A DNA stretch of 9,856 nt from Promethearchaeota archaeon (GTDB lineage: Archaea > Asgardarchaeota > Thorarchaeia > Thorarchaeales > Thorarchaeaceae). The stretch's first letter is position 1. Each line of letters begins with the position of its first letter. Under the pieces are notes generated by a model. That model saw only the letters and a program-made list of their open reading frames with translations, was not told the origin of the DNA and made no database searches. The DNA lies in contig JALVPN010000184.1 in the NCBI GenBank assembly GCA_027031765.1, forward strand, positions 1-9,856, given 5' to 3'. Of the stretch, positions 1 through 6,395 are shown in pieces. The position numbers and the translations under genes are program-made.

Positions 1-287
1 TGCTTCACGAAGATCTGGCCCAGCTGTTCTTTGTCGGGGTCACTGACGTGGACGACGAAGATGATGGGTCCCCTCAGGCTGTACACGAGGAGGCCGTCGC
101 CCACGACTATCGACTTGAGGCGCTTGTGGCCGAGCTGTTCGAGGAGGGTGTTGATAGCACTTGAGAAGCCGCCGAACAGCTCTGCGAACGACATGTCCTC
201 CTCTCTGACCCCTTCCGATAGTGTAACAGTGAGGAGCGGGATGCCGTCTCTATGGACTATGTATGCAGTGGTTATGGCGTCTTCCAT
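1..287 (-). CDS. Longin-like domain protein (partial, C-terminus runs off the left window edge)
   Basis: Not in the ORF track because it has no stop in the window. Manual translation from ATG at 287: MEDAITTAYIVHRDGIPLLTVTLSEGVREEDMSFAELFGGFSSAINTLLEQLGHKRLKSIVVGDGLLVYSLRGPIIFVVHVSDPDKEQLGQIFVK... The frame is open for 95 codons. The pattern beta-beta (YIVHRDGIPLL), helix (LFGGFSSAINTLL), three strands, helix fits longin topology. The ATG directly abuts the TAG of the upstream gene. Confidence 0.75.
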   Translation of the reverse strand, partial: MEDAITTAYIVHRDGIPLLTVTLSEGVREEDMSFAELFGGFSSAINTLLEQLGHKRLKSIVVGDGLLVYSLRGPIIFVVHVSDPDKEQLGQIFVK

Positions 288-653
288 CTACTCTTCCCCA
301 AAGAGTCGTTCCGAGAACTTATAGAACCAGTGGAATGACAGTACAAGGGCAAATATCGCCACGAGGAACAGGCCCAACCTTGTGGGCTTCCATACCTCGT
401 TGTAGAAGCTCCCCGGAATGAACCAGAACCACTCGTCATAGGCGTCCATGGTTGTGCTGACAATCCCCAGGAGTGCGAACACAATCAGCAGATAGAAGGT
501 CGTCCTGCGCTCCAACACCGGATACTTCCTCGCTGCGACGACCACCGCGACCAGCAGGACAACGAACAGGAGCGCCGTTGCCAGGTCAAGGAATGCCTTT
601 AGGACTTGCAGTGGTTGGGTCGGCGGGCTGAAGTCTACAGTAACGCCTCGCAT
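288..653 (-). CDS. Small 3-TM membrane protein of unknown function (121 aa)
   Basis: Three hydrophobic segments (AFLDLATALLFVVLLVAVVVAA; FYLLIVFALLGIVSTTM; LGLFLVAIFALVLSFHWFY). A basic RKYP follows TM1 and DAYD ends TM2. The ATG lies 3 nt after the upstream TGA, and its own TAG abuts the next ATG. Confidence 0.85.
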   Translation of the reverse strand: MRGVTVDFSPPTQPLQVLKAFLDLATALLFVVLLVAVVVAARKYPVLERRTTFYLLIVFALLGIVSTTMDAYDEWFWFIPGSFYNEVWKPTRLGLFLVAIFALVLSFHWFYKFSERLFGEE

Positions 654-656
654 CTT

Positions 657-992
657 TCACTCAAGCCCCCATTGTTCTGCACCATACGCCGCAATCTGGA
701 GTATCCCCACCACCATCAGCATCAAACCGAGGACAAAGGCGAGTCCATCTGCAACGTTCAGGATGTCAACTGTCAGGTCTCCAAGTTTCAGGGTGTCCAG
801 CACATCGAATACGGCGTGAGCCAGCAGGAACACGAGGCCGACAACCATCGTGTCCCATCCCCTGCTGGTCACTGACGGGTGCTTTTTCCGGATGCCCATG
901 GCAAAGAGCACCGCCACCGCCAGACCAATCGCTACAAGGATCTCCGATGCAATCAGGGGCACATCCCGCACCTCAAGCAGCTCGGTCTGCAT
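657..992 (-). CDS. Small 3-TM membrane protein of unknown function (111 aa), probable paralog of 288..653
   Basis: Three hydrophobic segments (ILVAIGLAVAVLFAMGI; MVVGLVFLLAHAVF; GLAFVLGLMLMVVGILQIAAY). RKKHP follows TM1 and DVLD ends TM2. It is the first gene of the coupled minus-strand unit. Confidence 0.85.
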   Translation of the reverse strand: MQTELLEVRDVPLIASEILVAIGLAVAVLFAMGIRKKHPSVTSRGWDTMVVGLVFLLAHAVFDVLDTLKLGDLTVDILNVADGLAFVLGLMLMVVGILQIAAYGAEQWGLE

Positions 993-1023
993 TCGGACAC
1001 CACAGTGTCCTTACGACCAGACA

Positions 1024-1032
1024 TACAATTAA
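1024..1032 (-). promoter_or_regulatory. Candidate archaeal TATA-like element for the 992->1 operon
   Basis: The minus strand reads TTAATTGTA, an AT-rich patch in GC-rich DNA, ending ~32 nt upstream of the ATG at 992. The match to the TTTA(A/T)ATA consensus is imperfect. Confidence 0.3.
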
Positions 1033-1206
1033 GGATATGGGAACCGAACACCCTGCCCGGACTGTCACGGGTCGTGCCCCAATGCTCATCTTCGAGCAGC
1101 CCCCTGCAGGACTCCCGGTCTGCACGCTGCGCCACCTCGTGAGCATGTCACCTCCAATCCGCCGGCGCCACGGGCACTGTTGGTGCATCGAGTGGCACAG
1201 GGGTGT

Positions 1207-1218
1207 GGCACATGTGCC
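1207..1218. repeat. Perfect 12-bp palindrome GGCACATGTGCC
   Basis: Read directly. It overlaps the second copy of a GTGGCACA direct repeat (1192-1199 and 1205-1212). Function unknown. Confidence 0.6.
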
Positions 1219-1366
1219 TATCCCGTGAGGTGTGGGAAACATACTGACCGCATACAGTCACTTTTGGCGCCCGGTGCACTCCGGGCCAATATTCTCGTAT
1301 GAGCACGCTGCGTAGGGCTTGGGGTGTGGTAGGCCCTCTTCCGTGTGCCCGCGTGCAACACTACAC

Positions 1367-1411
1367 GGTCTTGGGGCATCAATCCCGTCCGAAAACGGGT
1401 CTTGGGGCATC
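1367..1411. repeat. 14-bp exact direct repeat (GGTCTTGGGGCATC x2) bracketing a hairpin
   Basis: Copies at 1367-1380 and 1398-1411 (31-bp period). The internal inverted repeat is CCCGT(1384-1388)-CCGAAA-ACGGG(1395-1399). Confidence 0.8.
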
Positions 1412-1502
1412 CAGATGCTGGAGGGGGTCAACGTGCTGAGGTTCTAGACGGAGGCATGTCCGTTGTCCATACATTGCTACCAAGAGTTCAAGAGTGAGTC
1501 CA

Positions 1503-1928
1503 TTGGACCGGTTTGACCTCTGGCAGAAATGGCTGTTCTTCGTAGGCACTGGTGTTGTGGCCATCGACCTACTAGATGGCGTCCCTTGGCGGGACACCCC
1601 TGTTCGCGATGTTGAGTGAGAACATCAACCCCGTGTTCTGGGGCGCCGTCAGTGTCCCTGAGAGCCCTCCGCGTTTTCGGGTCTGGGCCTACAGCATGTG
1701 GGGTGCCACCGTGGCCGGTCGGGACGGCTCCGTGGCGTCTGTTACGCACTGCCCGTTCCGGTGGCGGGTGAAGTGAGCAAGGGACTGGTGCTGTTCTCGG
1801 CCTCGTGACCTGATCCCCTGTTGACGCCGGTCTTTCGGCCTTCTATACTGTGTACTTCAATGTGCTCCGTCAGCTTCATCATCTTCATAGTGCTCGTACT
1901 GCCACTTGCTTTCGCATGGCGTGACTCT
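1503..1928 (+). pseudogene. Decayed gene for a conserved hypothetical ~140-aa multi-pass membrane protein (WQKWL...INPVFWG...YFN type)
   Basis: Reconstruction across frames: MDRFDLWQKWLFFVGTGVVAIDLL [shift ~1575] MASLGGTPLFAMLSENINPVFWGAVSVPESPPRFRVWAYSMWGATVAGRDGSVASVTHCPFRWRVK*ARDW [shift ~1789] AVLGLVT*SPVDAGLSAFYTVYFNVL [shift ~1868] VSFIIFIVLVLPLAFAWRDS. TGA stops at 1774 and 1811 sit where I recall Trp in this family. The TTG start has GAGTGA 5 nt upstream. The 3' end is approximate. Confidence 0.8.
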
Positions 1929-2002
1929 CGGGGAGCGACCCATTGGCCGGTGACAGGGCGCTGCAACTACAGGTGTCAGTGTCGTATCACCGGTGCAGTG
2001 TC

Positions 2003-2461
2003 CTATGTCAGACGGTACTCGGCATGTATCGTGCGACCGCACCGTGGACACCTGAAGGTCAGTGGGCCAGTCCAGTCCACCTCATTGCGGTGCAGTCTCG
2101 TGCCACAGGCATCACAGTGGTCGGGGATGACCACCTCTTCTCCAGCACGACCACTTCTGTCCCCCTGTCCTTCACTGGACGGGTCGGGCACGCCCATCGG
2201 GGGCCCATCTGCCGGTGAGAGTGTGGAGTGCACCGCCCCCGTAAGTGCACTGTAGAGGAACATGACGAGGACCATCACACCTATGCCAGCCATCCCGAAT
2301 GGGACGGCCATGAACACTGCTGTCATGAAGGTCTTCTTGCCCTCCCACCTGTCAAAGAAGGCAATAAGGTCAAGGCCCATAAGGACGGCAACAACAATCC
2401 AGATGACGATGAAGGACGCCCCCCCAACCACAGTACAGATGTATGACCAGCTCCTCCTCAA
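2003..2461 (-). CDS. 2-TM membrane protein with C-terminal zinc ribbon (CxxC-x18-CxxC)
   Basis: Two hydrophobic helices, a Pro/Gly/acidic linker, then IPDHCDACGTRLHRNEVDWTGPLTFRCPRCG. The probable start is TTG at 2461 with GAGGT 6 nt upstream; the ORF track uses ATG 2497. Confidence 0.85.
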   Translation of the reverse strand: MRRSWSYICTVVGGASFIVIWIVVAVLMGLDLIAFFDRWEGKKTFMTAVFMAVPFGMAGIGVMVLVMFLYSALTGAVHSTLSPADGPPMGVPDPSSEGQGDRSGRAGEEVVIPDHCDACGTRLHRNEVDWTGPLTFRCPRCGRTIHAEYRLT

Positions 2462-2829
2462 CGTGAGACCTCTCGTCCCTAGCACGGGCCCCCGCATTCC
2501 AGAGCCCGCATGTGCTATGACCCATCACATGGCGGCGGGCCGGTCTTGTGCCGTGCTGAGCCAGAGCGCGAGGCCTTCTTGAGACCGGTGGCATCTGGAC
2601 TCTGGCACATCACCATTCGGGCCTTGGTGCCCGTGCTGTGTAGTAGCAAGCAGGGAAGCACAAATAAGCGTACCGTACCCATCAGCGTCTGCGGGCACGG
2701 TGTCATGGCATGACGGTTGTCGGACATGGCCGCCCATTGCCATAGTAGCTGTGGCCCCGGGCCATGCCGTGCAGTCACTCGGTGGTACTGTCGTGTCCGC
2801 AACAATAAGTACGCCTGCGAGGTAATCCA

Positions 2830-5800
2830 ATGCAGAAGTGTCAGGCCCGGGTCTTCTTGACTCTCCTACTCTCTGGTCTTATGATTGCCGCTCCAGTCAC
2901 GGTCTTTACCGGAGACCACCCACACTGGGGACTGCGCGTGTACCGCTCAGCGGACGTGGACGCTGCACATGGTAGCCCATCCGTAAGGACAGCAGTGGAC
3001 CGCGCTTGGGGACACAGGACCGACGGGAGCAGTACGCCTGTGACTGGTGACGGGGGCCGCGCCCGTCATGTCATGCCACCGGGTGCCGGTGTGGATGTAT
3101 GGCCCTCTGGACACCCGCTGTCGTCGAGACTCCCTGACAGCTGGCGTGGGCAGGTGTCTGTCGCTGGGAGGGGCATGGGCCTGCTCCGGGAGGACATGAG
3201 TCGTCTTGAGTCGTCCCGCGACCGCTCCTCACCACGACATGGTGCAGGTATCCACAGTACTGCGGACTCGCTCCCCACGAGCGTGGCCAACACAGAGTAC
3301 TTGCCACCAGTGGATACTCAGGGCTCACAGGGCTCGTGTGTTGGGTGGGCATTTGGCTACTACTGCTTCACGCATCAGGTCGCACGTGCGGTCGGTGGGT
3401 GGGACACCAGCGTGCCCGAGCACCAGTTCAGTCCCGCGTTCATATACAACCAGATCAACTACGGGAATGACAGTGGCTCGTACTTCTCGGATGCAGCCGA
3501 GCTCCTGTTCACGTTCGGTTGTGCACCCATGTCCCTAATGCCATACAACGAGTCTGACTACACCACTTGGCCCACTGGACATGCCTATGGGGCTGCGTGC
3601 AACTACCGGGCAGCTCCGCCAAGGTGGCACACCCTTAGCCGCAGTGACGACCTGCTCGTGTTGAAGGAGTACCTTGCTGAAGGGAACACGGCCGTGGTCG
3701 GGATACTCGTGTACGAGGCCTTCATGGACGACTCGATGGCCGACGACACGTATGTGACCTCACATGCCAATGGGGATTCATATGGCGGCCATGCGGTGTG
3801 CGTGATTGGGTATGATGACAACCGTCCTACTGCAGACGGGACAGGTGCACTCCTCCTGGTGAACTCGTGGGGCTCCAACTGGGGCGACAACGGTTTCTGG
3901 TGGATGTCCTATGAGGCTGCCCTTGACGACAGGATATCTCAGGGTATCTTCTACTACCTAGACGTCGTACGACAGCCCGCGGGACCGGTGTTGACGGCGT
4001 CGTTCAGGGTCGAGCACGGCCTGCGTGGCCAGGTCATCCGCGGTGGGCTGTCCCTCTCCTGCTACGTCGGCACGCAACAGCTCTGGACGCGCAGGTATTT
4101 CGACTTCTACATGGCCTATGACACAGGGACGCCGTGGACATATCAGCCAGGACCATTCCCCGCGACGCCCATCACGGTCGACCTGTCCGAGTTCATCTCG
4201 TACCTGTCTGAGGGTGTCCAGTACCGGTTCGTCCTGACCGTGGGGGACGAAGCGTGGCCCGAGACCGGAGTCGTGCGGCAGTTCTCAGTGGAGTATGGAC
4301 CATGGGATGTTGCTGTATCGTATGAGGGCAGTGAAGTGATACCCGATGGCGGGCTGCCCATCGGAGTCGAAGTGGTATTGGCGTCGCCCGGGGTGAGCAT
4401 AGACAGCCCCGGTGACTACGTGTCGGGCATTGTGTCCCTCCACGGTAAGTGTACAGGCACCTCGGTGTCTACGGTCCTGAACACCGGCTTCGAACCGGGC
4501 TGGCAGGCCGATGTGGGGTGGGAAACGTGGGACGACAACCCTGCGACTTCTGATGCACTGTGGTCTACCATGTCTCTCAGCAGTGCGACCGGCTCCACCT
4601 TCCTCTATGGTGGGAAGGTTGCCAGCAGCTCGCTCGTCTACCGTGAGGACTTCGACTATTCCAGCTGGTCGGGCTGGCCATCAGGGTGGCAGCTGGTGAG
4701 TGAGGGCGCCGGTTCGAACCCGTGGCATGAGGCCGGTGAACCGGGCGACTACAGGATCATGTGCGCCGCAGACGGTATGTCGTCCCTCGAAGAGTGGGCC
4801 GTGTACGGGCCGCTCGATGTGTCAGGTGCGCACTATCTGACCCTGAACTTCTGGATGCGCTACGATGTCGATGCTGCTCGAAGGGACCAGCACTTTGGCG
4901 CACTCTACTCTACGGACGGGGAGCGGTTCCACTGGCTCGCATACTGGGCCCCGCCGCTCGCCGCGCGGACATGTGTGGAGGACCTGGTCACGACACCCCT
5001 CCCTGGTGATGCCCTGTCAGACATACTGTACATCGCATTTGTGTTCAAGGGCGACTACCGTGGGAGCGTCGAGGTGGATGACATCCGCCTCTGGGACCTG
5101 GACCTGAGATATGAGGACGATGCAGAGTCTTACGTGGCTGCTCCGGTCGAGCTCTCGGACTTTGATCACGGGGTGGCTGAGTTTGACTACTTTGCGGACT
5201 TCGCAGCAGCCGACTGGGCAGCCCTCGTGTACCATGACCTGACCGGCTGGCACATCGGGGACCACCTCAGTAGCACCACCGACTGGGTACGTCACAGGGA
5301 GGAGTTCCCGTCGGGTGCTGACCGTGTCGGCCTATTGTACCACAGCGACAGTTCCGGCAACTCCCTCGGCATTCTGGTCGACAACTTCAGGGTCTACGGA
5401 GTCCTCAACGCGAGCGTGGTACTGCTGAAGACTGGACACACCCCACGCCTTGTTGACCAGCATGGTGACGACTGGTCCTACGAGTGGGACACGACAACAT
5501 TCCCTCAGGGCGAGTACACGCTCCTTGTCCACGCACAACGGGGGACCACAGTGTATACTGCCAACTGTACCACTTGGGTCGACAACAGGGCGCCCGCAGT
5601 AGATGTCGATACCCCCTCGCTCCAGACAGGCGCGGCCATCTACGTCGAGGGGACCGCTGACAGTCTGGGAGGTGCCCCACTCCACGACCCGTACATCACA
5701 GACCTACAACTAGTCCCGAAGTTCCGTGACTCCACGGTCGAGGTCGTGAACGAGACCGGTATCCGCTGGCGTATCACGAACACATCCGTCATCCCCGACG

Positions 5801-6243
5801 GCGACTACGAGCTGCACGTTGCTGTGAAGGACTATGCCGGCAACCTGCTGGTCGTGACTGTCACGTTCAGTGTCGACAACACACCGCCGTCAGTAACAGG
5901 CCCAGACCATGTATCGTACGTAGTGGGCTCTCAGGACGGAGTGGTCTCGTGGAATGTGACCGATGCGAACCCCGACAGTTATGAGGTCTACGTCGACGGC
6001 GAGCTCGTGGCCTCTGGTCAGTGGACAGACGGCGCCCAGCTGGAACTTGCCAGCATCCCCGAGGGCACCCACAACGTGACCGCAGTGTTCAGGGATGCAG
6101 CTGGCCTCTCAACTCGGCATGTGGTCACAGTGGCGGTGTACTCGCAGCTCTCCGCTGTTCTGATGAACCCAGTGGTGTTGGCAGGAGCCGTAGTGGTAGT
6201 CGTGGTTGTGGCTGCAGTCGTCTTGCGTCGTGCCCGTGGATAG
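2830..6243 (+). CDS. Secreted, C-terminally membrane-anchored papain-family (C1A) cysteine peptidase with jelly-roll and Ig-like extensions (1137 aa)
   Basis: Signal-peptide-like N-terminus with GAGGT at 2819-2823. Catalytic motifs: QGSQGSCVGWA (Gln164, Cys170 at nt 3337), GGHAVCVIGYDD (His321 at nt 3790), LLVNSWGSNWGDNGFWWMSY (Asn345 at nt 3862). These are followed by a beta-rich domain (FRVEHGLRG..., loosely P-domain-like), two GFE/EDF...VDD/VDN jelly-rolls, Ig-like domains (DNxxP junctions), and a hydrophobic tail VVLAGAVVVVVVVAAVVL-RRARG. Confidence 0.93.
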   Translation: MQKCQARVFLTLLLSGLMIAAPVTVFTGDHPHWGLRVYRSADVDAAHGSPSVRTAVDRAWGHRTDGSSTPVTGDGGRARHVMPPGAGVDVWPSGHPLSSRLPDSWRGQVSVAGRGMGLLREDMSRLESSRDRSSPRHGAGIHSTADSLPTSVANTEYLPPVDTQGSQGSCVGWAFGYYCFTHQVARAVGGWDTSVPEHQFSPAFIYNQINYGNDSGSYFSDAAELLFTFGCAPMSLMPYNESDYTTWPTGHAYGAACNYRAAPPRWHTLSRSDDLLVLKEYLAEGNTAVVGILVYEAFMDDSMADDTYVTSHANGDSYGGHAVCVIGYDDNRPTADGTGALLLVNSWGSNWGDNGFWWMSYEAALDDRISQGIFYYLDVVRQPAGPVLTASFRVEHGLRGQVIRGGLSLSCYVGTQQLWTRRYFDFYMAYDTGTPWTYQPGPFPATPITVDLSEFISYLSEGVQYRFVLTVGDEAWPETGVVRQFSVEYGPWDVAVSYEGSEVIPDGGLPIGVEVVLASPGVSIDSPGDYVSGIVSLHGKCTGTSVSTVLNTGFEPGWQADVGWETWDDNPATSDALWSTMSLSSATGSTFLYGGKVASSSLVYREDFDYSSWSGWPSGWQLVSEGAGSNPWHEAGEPGDYRIMCAADGMSSLEEWAVYGPLDVSGAHYLTLNFWMRYDVDAARRDQHFGALYSTDGERFHWLAYWAPPLAARTCVEDLVTTPLPGDALSDILYIAFVFKGDYRGSVEVDDIRLWDLDLRYEDDAESYVAAPVELSDFDHGVAEFDYFADFAAADWAALVYHDLTGWHIGDHLSSTTDWVRHREEFPSGADRVGLLYHSDSSGNSLGILVDNFRVYGVLNASVVLLKTGHTPRLVDQHGDDWSYEWDTTTFPQGEYTLLVHAQRGTTVYTANCTTWVDNRAPAVDVDTPSLQTGAAIYVEGTADSLGGAPLHDPYITDLQLVPKFRDSTVEVVNETGIRWRITNTSVIPDGDYELHVAVKDYAGNLLVVTVTFSVDNTPPSVTGPDHVSYVVGSQDGVVSWNVTDANPDSYEVYVDGELVASGQWTDGAQLELASIPEGTHNVTAVFRDAAGLSTRHVVTVAVYSQLSAVLMNPVVLAGAVVVVVVVAAVVLRRARG

Positions 6244-6395
6244 TCTGTCCTCACGACCGGCCCTGCCTACATACTCCGCGCGTCTATGCCACGCCCCGTC
6301 CTGCAACCGGCGTGACCACGCTTTGACAATATTGATAAGAAGCAACTGGCGTGTCCAACGTCCTCTGAATGGATCTCTGCGACCCGGTGAGCATA

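Noticed and set aside
31-324. 97-aa plus-strand ORF
   Set aside because: Antisense shadow of the longin-like gene; Ser/Pro-rich with no motif.
947-1228. Plus-strand ORF (also MGTEHP... from ATG 1037) divergent from the TM operon
   Set aside because: No recognisable motif, composition typical of random GC-rich frames, and several equally long overlapping ORFs. It cannot be excluded but is unsupported.
1367-1411. CRISPR array call
   Set aside because: Only two 14-bp copies with a 17-bp gap, no spacer series and no cas genes in the window. Kept only as a repeat and a speculative finding.
1774-1813. Two TGA codons at apparent Trp positions suggesting TGA=Trp or Sec recoding
   Set aside because: The same gene also has three frameshifts and other Trp losses, TGA is a normal stop at 657 and 9027, and TGG->TGA is a single transition.
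1821-2255. 144-aa plus-strand ORF
   Set aside because: Only ~1869-1928 looks coding (the tail of the pseudogene). The rest is mostly antisense to the zinc-ribbon gene.
2498-2829. Overlapping 67-101-aa ORFs in the gap before the protease
   Set aside because: None shows a motif, RBS or coherent composition. Treated as divergent intergenic DNA, though a decayed gene cannot be excluded.
6172-6225. GTG/GTA/GTC-rich low-complexity run
   Set aside because: Explained by the poly-Val transmembrane anchor, not a DNA repeat element.
6322-6338. AT-rich imperfect dyad TTGACAATATTGATAA upstream of the glycoprotein gene
   Set aside because: Plausible promoter or operator, but only 12/16 symmetric with no clear TATA/BRE consensus; too weak to call.
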